From Candidatus Babeliales bacterium (GTDB lineage: Bacteria > Babelota > Babeliae > Babelales > JANWKD01): DNA of 64,000 nucleotides. Each line of letters starts with the position of its first letter. Positions within the stretch are counted from its first letter, which is position 1. The notes under the pieces are model-generated. The model saw only the letters and a list, made by a program, of their open reading frames with translations. It was not told where the DNA came from and ran no database searches. This document shows positions 36,530 to 46,165 of this stretch, one piece after another. The DNA lies in the NCBI GenBank assembly GCA_963722075.1, contig CAVRJM010000001.1:64001-128000 (forward strand), written 5' to 3'. The translations under genes were made by a program, and so were the position numbers.

Positions 36530-36578
36530 ATATACTAATTATTTATTTATCATATATTTTATCAATGGAATATTTTTT

Positions 36579-37298
36579 ATGAAGAAACTTCTTTTATTTT
36601 TATTTATTTGTTTATTAGAGTTTAGTTTACTTGCTATGGAAGTCCCTGAGGCTAGTGAAAAAATGGTGATTTCAAATAATGATATTAAAAAGCAACGGCT
36701 AATGAAATTGAAAATATATATCAATCAATATATTGTCGGTGAAAAGCGTAATTACTCAGTTAATGAAATTATGGAAGAAGCTGAAAGATTTTATACGGAA
36801 AACACTGGCGAGTTTTTAAATTTACCCACTAATAAAGCATTGTATAGTAAAGTAGCCAGCAGGATGGATAAAAAAAGAGATAAAATTGCTATCGATTTTA
36901 TTATGTATGCAAAGACCGTTGATTTGGAATCACCATATTACTCAAAAGACGAATTATTAAGCGAAATAGAGGGATATATTAAAAATGGTGGAACAATTTT
37001 AGATAGTGCATACAGCGAATTATATGAAAGCATTGTTGATACTATTTTAACAAAAAAAATAGTTGAAGCCGGGCAGGAATTATCTGGGCTACAAAAAGAA
37101 GTAAAAGAAATGAAAGCAAAAAATGGATTTATAAAATTAATGTATGGTTTTTCTGATAACGATCAATTAGAGAATATAAATGAAGATTTACTTGATTTTC
37201 CTCCAGTTCCATTGTTGGATTTGCCTTCAGTGCCTTTGAAGAAAAGTAAGAACGTTTCCAAAAGAATAATTGAGTCAAATAAATCTAAGAAAGAGTAA
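36579..37298 (+). CDS. Hypothetical secreted coiled-coil protein (LYE family, copy 1)
   Basis: Signal peptide ending LLA-MEV; SELYESIVDTIL plus coiled coil; basic C-terminus. Confidence 0.75.
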   Translation: MKKLLLFLFICLLEFSLLAMEVPEASEKMVISNNDIKKQRLMKLKIYINQYIVGEKRNYSVNEIMEEAERFYTENTGEFLNLPTNKALYSKVASRMDKKRDKIAIDFIMYAKTVDLESPYYSKDELLSEIEGYIKNGGTILDSAYSELYESIVDTILTKKIVEAGQELSGLQKEVKEMKAKNGFIKLMYGFSDNDQLENINEDLLDFPPVPLLDLPSVPLKKSKNVSKRIIESNKSKKE

Positions 37299-37328
37299 TC
37301 AAAGCAAATAATATATGGAGTATTTTTT

Positions 37329-37832
37329 ATGAGAAAATTATTTTTACTACTATTTATATGTTTATTGGATTTTAGTTTAACTGCTATGCAACCTACTAAA
37401 GAATTTGAAAATAATATGCCATCGGTGGCTTCAAGTTATTTTGTTAAATGTGGAGCAGTATTAAAAGAATTTGAGAATTATTTAAAAAAATACAAAAGAG
37501 GGGCTTGTTGTACCTTTGAGGATTCAGAATCAATAAGCTTGCAAGAAGAAATTTTAATAAGAGCAAGGAAATTGGCTGAGGAAGATCCAGAGGAGTTTTG
37601 CACAACTGAATTTTGCGTATTATATGAAATGATAATTAATGAAATCTTTGAGGATGAAGAAATAAAAAAAGCATTGGAAGAGGTTAAGAGATTGAAAAAG
37701 GAACATATTAGTATTCAAAATGACAATTCTCGATTGCGAGCACAATTAAGGCAATGCCAATCGGAGCCAAAGGAATTGGATGAATTAGATTTGAATGCAA
37801 CCCAAGATAATTTCTCCGATGAATCTTATTAA
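37329..37832 (+). CDS. Hypothetical secreted coiled-coil protein (LYE family, copy 2)
   Basis: Signal peptide nearly identical to 36579, ending LTA-MQP; VLYEMIINEIF plus coiled coil. Confidence 0.72.
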   Translation: MRKLFLLLFICLLDFSLTAMQPTKEFENNMPSVASSYFVKCGAVLKEFENYLKKYKRGACCTFEDSESISLQEEILIRARKLAEEDPEEFCTTEFCVLYEMIINEIFEDEEIKKALEEVKRLKKEHISIQNDNSRLRAQLRQCQSEPKELDELDLNATQDNFSDESY

Positions 37833-38068
37833 ATGCCAAGCGGCAATACATAGGTTGGCAAAGTATATTTGTACACTCGATTCCTCCCATAAGGTATCGG
37901 GTAAAAGATGGACTAAGTTCCCTTATTGATGCAGTTGAACTCGCTCGTGAACAGCAACAAGACAATACTTGAAAAAAACAAAAAAACAAAAACGAAATTA
38001 AAGAAATCAAAAAGAGCTAAAAAAAATAAATAATCATTTTTTAGCTTTTGTTTAAATGGAGTATTGTA

Positions 38069-38878
38069 ATGAATAAATTTTTTTTATTCCTATCATTTTT
38101 GTATATAGGTACTGTCGGACATGTTCTTATCCCTATGGATTATAACGCTGTATCCATATATCAAAACGAGTCACCGATGGTTTTAGATGATCTATCTAAA
38201 GCAATATTAGGTGGATTAAGAAATTATATACGAGAACAAAAAAAAGAAGACGCTTATGTGGAAGCTGAAAAGTTACTGCAAGCAACAAAGCTGGTGAAGC
38301 AAAACCCATTTCAATTCTCTACCATTCTACCTTCTGAATTATATGAAATAGTAATTAATAATATTTTGAAAAAGGCACTTCATGAGGTACAAGAATTACA
38401 AAAAGAGTTTCAAAATATACAAAAAGAAATGAAAGATATAGCTGGGCAGGTTAATACACTAATTAATCAGCAGCAATTGGCTCAACCTGTTGAAGCGTTG
38501 CCGGTATATGAACCGTTTAAGCCATTTAATTTTGTTTCTTATTCTCTTGAAGATATGGGAGAGGAATCTCTTTTATCAGAAATTATATTGGGACCTGATA
38601 ATTACAATGATGGTGAGCATGAAAATCAAATTGATCTTGTTGTTGCAATGAGCCAGGTAGAAGGACAACAACCTGATAATGATCGTGCTTATAATCCTTT
38701 TCATGGAAAAAGTTCGGCTTTGGTAAGTGGCAGTAATCATAAAGGGCCTTTTTTAGCAGAAATGGAAAAAGGAAAGCATTTACGTAGGAAGTTAGTAAGC
38801 CCTTACCAAAAAAGAAAAAAATCAACCAAAAAAACGGGACGATTCGAAAAAACTAATTCAGAAGAAAATGATCACTAA
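38069..38878 (+). CDS. Hypothetical secreted coiled-coil protein (LYE family, copy 3)
   Basis: GGAG RBS before ATG 38069; signal peptide ending LIP-MDY; SELYEIVINNIL; C-terminal PYQKRKKSTKK. Confidence 0.72.
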   Translation: MNKFFLFLSFLYIGTVGHVLIPMDYNAVSIYQNESPMVLDDLSKAILGGLRNYIREQKKEDAYVEAEKLLQATKLVKQNPFQFSTILPSELYEIVINNILKKALHEVQELQKEFQNIQKEMKDIAGQVNTLINQQQLAQPVEALPVYEPFKPFNFVSYSLEDMGEESLLSEIILGPDNYNDGEHENQIDLVVAMSQVEGQQPDNDRAYNPFHGKSSALVSGSNHKGPFLAEMEKGKHLRRKLVSPYQKRKKSTKKTGRFEKTNSEENDH

Positions 38879-38981
38879 TAATGTAGGCTCTGTTGAGTTT
38901 TAAAATGAAATATCCCAATCGATATATTAATCAGATTAAATGTAAGTTTTTTCTTCAGTAAATTAGTGTCAGATTAATCAC

Positions 38982-39061
38982 TGGATCCTTACGTCTTCTT
39001 TGCTCCTTAGGATGACAATTGTGATCATTATGTCATTCTGAGACGAAGTCGTAAGAATCCA
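38982..39061. repeat. Inverted pair of YGTC...CCA elements (38982-39017 -, 39031-39061 +)
   Basis: TGGATCCTTAC...TTAGGATGACA, 13 nt gap, TGTC-ATTCT-GA-GAC-GAA-GTC-GTA-AGAAT-CCA. Confidence 0.85.
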
Positions 39062-39159
39062 GCTATAAAAATAAAATCAAAATTTATAAGTGTTGAATAT
39101 TGCTTGCTATAAAAACTTAACAGAACCTAATTATCTCACAGAAATAAAAAATTTTATTG

Positions 39160-40694
39160 TTATATCTTTTCAAGAGCCTGATCAAGTGAGCGATAACTAA
39201 TTGCTTCAAGAATATGAGGCAATTGGATGCATTCTTGTTCTTCTAAATCCGCAATGGTTCGCGCAACTTTAAGAATTTTATGATACCCGCGCATACTCAG
39301 ATGTAATCGATCAAAGGCTTTCTGTAATGCGGCTTGAGCGTCATTGCTCAGCACACAAAACTTATCAATCATATCGGAACTCATATTGCTATTAAAAAAT
39401 GCGGTACCAAAACGTTTTTCTTGTAATATGATTGCTTTTTGTACTGCTTGGTATAATTGTTCGGAGCTTTGATTCAATTGCGTATTATGAATATCAGTAT
39501 ATTCAATAGGCTGAATATTTATCTGTAAATCAATGCGATCTAATAAAGGGCCTGATAGTTTTTCTAAATAGCGTTTAATATGATGAGCATTACAACTACA
39601 GTTCTTTTTTTTATCACCAAAATAACCGCATGGGCAAGGATTTAATGCTGCTATTAATAAAAAGTTTGCCGGAAAATTAAGGGTATGATTAGCGCGGGAA
39701 ATAGAAACATTTTTATTTTCCAGTGGCTGGCGCAAGACTTCAAGGGTGGAGCGTCTAAATTCAGTTAATTCATCCAAAAAAAGAATGCCGTTATGAGTTA
39801 AGCTAATTTCACCTGGTTGTGGAAATGAACCACCGCCTACTAATCCTGCCTGAGAAATAGTATGGTGCGGATTTCTAAAGGGGCGTTCGGTGATTAATCG
39901 ATTGTTTAATAACTTACCGTTAACTGAATAGATCTTGCTTGTTTCAATAATCTCATCAAATGACATAGGCGGCATAATAGTTGGTAACCGTTTTGCGAGC
40001 ATCGTTTTTCCTGAACCTGGTGAACCAATAAAAAGGATATTATGTCTACCAGCTGCACAAATTTGCAGCGCACGTTTTGCTTGCTGCTGACCCTTAACTT
40101 GGTTAAAATCAACCATATCAATTGATCGTTTTTCCAGTGGCTTATTATGGAGGCCGCCCATAATTGGATTAATGGTAATTTCGTTATTTAAATAGCCTAT
40201 TAATTGAACAAGATCTTTAACGCCAATTACTTCTAATCCGCTCATTAATGAAGCTTCAAAAACATTTGATTCGGGTAAAATAATTCTTTTTTTTCTAAGC
40301 TACGAGCGTTGCAAGCGATTGCTAATGCTCCCTTAATAGGTCGTATTGACCCATCAAGCGATAATTCACCAATAAATAATGTTTCTTCTAAAAATTGCAT
40401 TGATATATGTACTAAACCACTTGCTTGTAAAATTCCCACGGTGATAGGTAAATCAAAGAGAGTTCCTTCTTTTTTTAAATCAGCAGGTGCTAAATTTACC
40501 GTAATTCTACGCTCAGGTAATCGTACACCACTATTTTTGAGGGCAGTATCAATTCGTTGACGACTTTCATTAATAGCCCGATCGGGTAGTCCAACGATAA
40601 AAAACTGCATCATACCAAAAGAAAGGTCTACTTCAATATGAACGTTATAAGCATCTACTCCCAAAGTGGTAGCTGAATAAATGGTAGCGTGCAT
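39160..40694 (-). pseudogene. comM: YifB/ComM Mg-chelatase-like AAA ATPase split by a 1-nt frameshift (ORFs 40245-40694 and 39160-40245)
   Basis: VGLPD...ITVNLAPADLKKEG; GSPGSGKTM, PFRNPHH, LFLDE, NPCPCG, SGPLLDRID. Adding one base at the T8 run (40287-40294) restores KKRIILPESNVFEASLMSG. Confidence 0.88.
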
Positions 40695-40869
40695 AAAAAT
40701 TACCTATTATGAAAAAAATAAAAATTTTACATTGCATAATTATAATGATTGTATAACATCTTTTATTTTTTGGGAAATTTTTAGTTACTCACTATTTGTA
40801 GGCATTTGGATATCTGCTGACTGTATGTATTTCAAATTCAAAGCTTCAATATAAAGAATTAAAAGAAGC

Positions 40870-40931
40870 AGTCGTTGCGATCCAGCCTTCGCCAGAAGGG
40901 CTTCGGTGGACATGGCTTGCGAAGCAATCCA
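40870..40931 (+). repeat. YGTC...CCA element with enlarged internal hairpin
   Basis: GTC-GTTGC-GA...GAA-GCAAT-CCA, the same outer stem as 53017-53044, enclosing TCCAGCCTTCGCCAGAAGGGCTTCGGTGGA. Confidence 0.7.
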
Positions 40932-41020
40932 GATTCAAAAAGTAAAATCTTCATCTTCAATACTATTTCGTTATTGATTAATTATGGTAAGACAAAAATT
41001 CTAATTATTTATTTGTATTT

Positions 41021-41323
41021 TTACTTTTTAGAAGGCTGCACGGCTAAGGAAAATCCTACTGCATTCAGTAAAGATATGATATTGGTTAGTTTTGGATTAC
41101 CTTTTTCTGAAAGAATACGATAAAGGTTTTCACGGCTTATATTTGTTTTTCTAGCAAGCTCTGTCATTTCTCCACCTTGTGCTTCACAAACATTTTTTAA
41201 TGCAAGTAAAAAAACACGTGGATCTTCATCGGTAAGTGCTATATTAAGATATGCAGTTGCAAGTTCAGGATCTTGTAAATCTTGCATAAGTTTTTCTTGA
41301 TAATCTCTAAATTTTCTTTTCAT
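41021..41323 (-). CDS. Addiction-module antidote (HTH antitoxin)
   Basis: LQDPELATAYL...GGEMTELARKTNISRENLYRILSEKGNPKL; downstream of a RelE/ParE-like toxin. Confidence 0.9.
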   Translation of the reverse strand: MKRKFRDYQEKLMQDLQDPELATAYLNIALTDEDPRVFLLALKNVCEAQGGEMTELARKTNISRENLYRILSEKGNPKLTNIISLLNAVGFSLAVQPSKK

Positions 41324-41651
41324 TGTAATTCCTTATATCTAGCCAATATTGTTTTGCTTTTTTAATATCACGATTCTGGCTTTTCTTCTCCCCCCTGTTA
41401 ATAAAATAACAATAGTGGACCTCTGTTTGCCAAAATAAATTCGATATCCTGGACCGTAATCTAGGATAAGTTTCCCAAATTCCGTCACCGTCCTGAATCA
41501 TCTTAGAATTCCCAAAATTACCAAGTCTAACTCTATCCAATCTGTTTTTTACAACAGCCTGGGTAACTTTATCAAGGCCATCTTCCCAATCGGAATAAGG
41601 CTCTTTTCCTGTATCTGTAGAATAAATAATCTCATAATTTAAGTGTAACAT
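41307..41651 (-). pseudogene. RelE/ParE-family addiction-module killer protein, frameshifted
   Basis: GKEPY..W...RLDRVRLGNFG..K...DGIWE in one frame; ILDYGPGYRIYFGK...IVILLTGG in another; KSQNRDIKKAKQYW back in the first. Confidence 0.82.
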
Positions 41652-41872
41652 AAAGGTCACACAATTACAAGCTAACAATAAGAAATCCTTTACCGTATTT
41701 GGGGTAATGGAGAGCTTACGAACCTGCCAAGCAATTAAAAGATGCGCTTTTTTTAAATTATTTTAAACTGATATAGAACTGTACATAAATTCATTCAGCG
41801 CATAAAATAGGTTATTTAAATCGATATAACATTAAAAAAATCATAATAAATCAAATATAGGAATTTAATGAA

Positions 41873-44761
41873 ATGATATATTTTAAGAAGAATTTATTGC
41901 TTTTCAGCGTTTTTTTAATTTTTTATGCACAATCAACCGTAAGAAATCAGCTACATAAGAATTATGTTATTGATTTACCATTTTATCCTACTCATTGTAA
42001 GGTTATCAAAAACGATTTTACTGCCTCAAATAACCCAGCAAAGCATATTGATCTTTTTTTAACCGGTACCAATCAAGAATTAAAAAATTCGTCATTATTA
42101 CGATGCGCTGTAATTAATAATCCGCATAAAAATGTAACGATACCTTCTAGCTTAATTTCTGAAACGCTCACTCTTAATAAGGAACCCAAACAGCCTAATC
42201 CGCTGTATGATAAAGATATTTCGTTATTGGGTACTTTTAATCAAAATCCGGTGGTAGTAACTAAGCAATCGCCGGCAACTATATGCATGCTAGAAAACTT
42301 TAAACTTGATCAACAAACTATGTTGATGACGTCAACCTTATGTGATGCTCAGGGCTTTCCATCTGCAGGTATCGTGGGATTAGCAACCGCACTAACCGGA
42401 ACTGCTCAACATGAATTGCATCCTTATGTTTTTGCTGCGGTCAAAAGAAATGAAGGTACTTTTGGCCAAGAGGGAAGTGGTATAGCAGTCGTAAAACATG
42501 ATAATAAGACTATTGAAGAAACCATAAAACATAATGATGGCAATGAAACTACCAACCAAAGAAAAGAGTATTTTTTTACCATTATGAATAATGGAGATGA
42601 ACCTGATCAAATTAAAGCTGCTTCCCTTATAAATAGTTCATTGTCAATTAACGGCGGTATTCCAATTGTTGCTGATGATATCGTTGATATGTGCTGGAAT
42701 CCTTATCTAGAAAGGTTATACGTTGCCTTGCAGGTAACTAATGCGCCAACAAATACAGAATTGCAAGGTTCGCGCGCTTTATTATTAGGGCGCATTGATT
42801 CACATGAGCGATTAGTTTTCGATCCTATTGCGCCTGATGATAGTTTTTATACTGATAATGCACTTATTGGCGCCTGTGGCAGTGGTAAGAAAATCTCATT
42901 ACACAAAGTACGTTCGATGCTTACTAGTACTGGATTTCCGTACTTAATAGTAATAGGTGGCGTTGGAGAGCCTACGCAGACATCAAAAAATATTTATGCG
43001 CTTCCTTTGACCGATACATCATTTAATAAAAAAAGAGTTGAGTTGATGGAGGATAAAAATCACGGCACTATAGCCTCTAAATATTCTATTACCGGTGATA
43101 ATTATATTGTGCTTGCTCGTGGACGTAAATTATACGGTCGCGATTACCAAGAATGGGCGCAATCTGCTGATCAAATGCCAGCGATGCATGATGCAGCAGT
43201 AAAAATAGGGGGCACTTTAGAATTACCTAATGAAATAACCGATGTTATTATTTGCGGTGATGCAATTTTTGTAACGATTGGTCAAGCAGGAAATGGGCAA
43301 TATCCTGGTATATTTCATTCACAAGCAATTCTTGATGGCCAAGGTCGTATTGTTAGTTGGACAGCATGGCAACGGGTTGGTGGTATTATCGAAGGCGTTC
43401 GAACGGCAATTATAAATCCTGAACATCATTTTTTTGGTTATTTACCTATGGATAAACCACAATTAATTTGTAAGGTGCAGATTGATTTATCAAAGACTGA
43501 TTCCCATAATAATGATGAATATGGTGATATTGCTGATCCCATAAATCAATTTTTTGCGCCTGAAGAAGGTGGTGTGCAAGGAATATTTGATTTTCCATGT
43601 GGGACTGCCGGGTTGGGAAATCAGCAATGCGTGAGTATGATGATTGCTACCGGCTATAAAAAAATTATGTTGCTTGAAACAGGAAGTAATGATACAAATG
43701 GTTATTTTCAACCCTATGTAAATCAATTTACTGATATAGAATATTGTCCGGAATCGACTATACCGGCAATCAATGTAGCTCAAGAAGAACCAAAGGTATT
43801 AGCATTATCAGGCGGTGTTCTTGATGAACTGGGGAGCATACTGGCAGCAGCAATAGTAACTGATGGGGCGTATTCTTGGATCGCGGTTGGCGGTATGCAT
43901 GGACTGGCTATTTTACAAGCAGCTGATGGTACCGGTTGGTGTAGTCAGCAGGGATTAGGAACGCACTTCAATGGTCTTAATAAGCCGATGGCTTTTAGAA
44001 AAATTGGTGCATATAAACAGATAAAAAAGCTTATAGCAAATGGTAATCAGCTGTATGTACTAACTAATACTAGTATGGAAAGAATAACATTGAATAGCGA
44101 TGTTATACAGAATAACGCGGTGAACTCGGTGCGCATAGCGCATGAAGCAAATAATGCATTCTTTGATTGCGTTATGTATGGGCCGTTGGCGATCATAGCA
44201 ACTGCTCAAGGATTGTTTTTTAATACGAGTGGCTCAATTGTGTATAATACTCTTGAAGAAATAAGCTGGAAAAAGATTAAATTACCCATTGCTGGCGTTG
44301 TTTCTAAGATTTTTGCTGTAAGTAGTAAAAGTCATGCTGGGTGCCAAGGACAGTTATATATTTCGGTGGGTGCCTTAACGCACAATAGTACCATGGTATA
44401 TCGTTTATATGTTCATGATGTATACCAAGAAGGTATAACTGATCATGCAGTTGAACTTATTCCGGATCATCAATTTTTTAATAAACCATTCCCGCTTGTT
44501 TCGTTTAATAGCTTTAGAGATTACTTTGCAACTGATGGTGCGCATTATTTTAGTGCTCGATCACGGCACTTGAATGAGCTGCCATTTTTACAAGCAGTTA
44601 CTTTACCGCATATTAAAAATCAATTGGCTATTGATGCTTATAGTTATACGATTCCACTTTATATAGGAAAATCAGCAAAGAAAATAAACGGTATTGTTCA
44701 AAATTCAGCAACAGGCAATTGGCTTATAGCGGGAGATTTTGGGCTACGAATACATAATTAA
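41873..44761 (+). CDS. Large hypothetical secreted protein (beta-rich, possibly propeller-like)
   Basis: 962-aa ORF with signal peptide; ends GNWLIAGDFGLRIHN; family not recognised. Confidence 0.75.
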   Translation: MIYFKKNLLLFSVFLIFYAQSTVRNQLHKNYVIDLPFYPTHCKVIKNDFTASNNPAKHIDLFLTGTNQELKNSSLLRCAVINNPHKNVTIPSSLISETLTLNKEPKQPNPLYDKDISLLGTFNQNPVVVTKQSPATICMLENFKLDQQTMLMTSTLCDAQGFPSAGIVGLATALTGTAQHELHPYVFAAVKRNEGTFGQEGSGIAVVKHDNKTIEETIKHNDGNETTNQRKEYFFTIMNNGDEPDQIKAASLINSSLSINGGIPIVADDIVDMCWNPYLERLYVALQVTNAPTNTELQGSRALLLGRIDSHERLVFDPIAPDDSFYTDNALIGACGSGKKISLHKVRSMLTSTGFPYLIVIGGVGEPTQTSKNIYALPLTDTSFNKKRVELMEDKNHGTIASKYSITGDNYIVLARGRKLYGRDYQEWAQSADQMPAMHDAAVKIGGTLELPNEITDVIICGDAIFVTIGQAGNGQYPGIFHSQAILDGQGRIVSWTAWQRVGGIIEGVRTAIINPEHHFFGYLPMDKPQLICKVQIDLSKTDSHNNDEYGDIADPINQFFAPEEGGVQGIFDFPCGTAGLGNQQCVSMMIATGYKKIMLLETGSNDTNGYFQPYVNQFTDIEYCPESTIPAINVAQEEPKVLALSGGVLDELGSILAAAIVTDGAYSWIAVGGMHGLAILQAADGTGWCSQQGLGTHFNGLNKPMAFRKIGAYKQIKKLIANGNQLYVLTNTSMERITLNSDVIQNNAVNSVRIAHEANNAFFDCVMYGPLAIIATAQGLFFNTSGSIVYNTLEEISWKKIKLPIAGVVSKIFAVSSKSHAGCQGQLYISVGALTHNSTMVYRLYVHDVYQEGITDHAVELIPDHQFFNKPFPLVSFNSFRDYFATDGAHYFSARSRHLNELPFLQAVTLPHIKNQLAIDAYSYTIPLYIGKSAKKINGIVQNSATGNWLIAGDFGLRIHN

Positions 44762-44784
44762 TCTTAAATAAGGAAAAGTAACGT

Positions 44785-46056
44785 ATGGCATTAAGAATAA
44801 TGACAAAAGCAGTATTAATATTATGTTCAATAACGTTTTTAACGCCAATTTTGGCAGACTTTTTTCCTATTAACTTCTTTAGACCATGGGATATCAATTT
44901 ACGGCCACCCGAATGGTGCGGTGCGCCGTTGCAGGTTACCGGATTTTATGAAGGCGGTATTAAAAGTTGGGGGTACAATGCCCATAATAATGCGGTGAAC
45001 GTTTTGCAAATTTTTGATGCAACACAAGATTCGCTTGCCATGTTACAAGGATTCCCACCTGATAGCATTGAGAGTCAATTTTTTAATAATGTTTTATTAA
45101 ATCCTCAAGATGATGGAATACGAGGGCATTTTAAGGTTACGGGGGATTTCAGTTTATTGGCAAATGCAGTTCTATGTGCGCGCTACCATTTTTGCCATAA
45201 CATAATGGTTGGTTTTTTTGTTCCTGTCTTATCAATGCAGCTCAGGAATGTTCAGTTTACTGATTTAACGAAAGATTTAACTCTGGAAGATGAAATTGTT
45301 AGAGAGAATCTTACCCAAAATTTTGTTCAAACAATAAAACTATTTGACCCTGAACTTAATTTAACCGGATGGAGAAAAACCGGATTTGGTGACTGTGTAC
45401 TATTAGCAGAATGGCTTAGATTTTTTGAGCAAGATAAAGAATATTTGAAAAACGTAGCATTAAATGTGCGCGGTGGTGTTTCATTTCCAACGGGATTCAA
45501 AACCGATGTAAATGATATTTTCTTTATCCCTTCCGGTTTTGATGGATCATGGGGATTGATTTTTGGCGCGGGCCTTATTCTTAATTGGATTGATTATGTA
45601 CGCGCTGGCGTTGATTTTGAATTTCTTACGCTCTTTGGTAACACACGGGTTCGACGAATAAAAGTAAGCCCGGGGCAAACCGATTTACTGTTTTTAGCCA
45701 AAGCGCGTGCGCATACTGAAGATGGTTTTACTCAGCGCTATAATATATTTGGTGAGTTGTTTCGTTTTTATCGCGGACTTTCCGCTTCAGTTATATATCA
45801 ATATTGGAAACATAGTGAAGATAGATTAGCCTTATTTACTAATGATTTTTCTACACAAATTGCTAATACGGCGCATAATTTACAAGAATGGACAATCCAC
45901 CAATTTATTTTTAAAATTGATTATGATTTTCAAGAAGATATTGATCAAATGTCATGGTTTAAACCGCAGTTGCAATTGTTTTATAAACTGCCGTTTAACG
46001 GAAGCAGGGCGGTAGTAGCACAAACGGTAGGATTTGGTATCACCCTTAATTTCTAA
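44785..46056 (+). CDS. Putative outer-membrane beta-barrel protein
   Basis: Signal peptide, aromatic-rich amphipathic strands, C-terminal TVGFGITLNF beta-signal-like end. Confidence 0.65.
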   Translation: MALRIMTKAVLILCSITFLTPILADFFPINFFRPWDINLRPPEWCGAPLQVTGFYEGGIKSWGYNAHNNAVNVLQIFDATQDSLAMLQGFPPDSIESQFFNNVLLNPQDDGIRGHFKVTGDFSLLANAVLCARYHFCHNIMVGFFVPVLSMQLRNVQFTDLTKDLTLEDEIVRENLTQNFVQTIKLFDPELNLTGWRKTGFGDCVLLAEWLRFFEQDKEYLKNVALNVRGGVSFPTGFKTDVNDIFFIPSGFDGSWGLIFGAGLILNWIDYVRAGVDFEFLTLFGNTRVRRIKVSPGQTDLLFLAKARAHTEDGFTQRYNIFGELFRFYRGLSASVIYQYWKHSEDRLALFTNDFSTQIANTAHNLQEWTIHQFIFKIDYDFQEDIDQMSWFKPQLQLFYKLPFNGSRAVVAQTVGFGITLNF

Positions 46057-46077
46057 GTTTTATTGGGTTAAAATGAA

Positions 46078-46106
46078 TGTCATCCTGAACGGAGTGTAAG
46101 GATCCA
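46078..46106 (+). repeat. YGTC...CCA REP-like element
   Basis: TGTC-ATCCT-GA-AC-GGA-GT-GTA-AGGAT-CCA. Confidence 0.85.
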
Positions 46107-46165
46107 GTTAATAAATAAATCAAAATTCAAACATTTAGTATAAAATTCAAAGGAGAGATTGGTAC

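Noticed and set aside
40875..41123. 82-aa ORF
   Set aside because: Starts within a repeat element and overlaps the antitoxin on the opposite strand.
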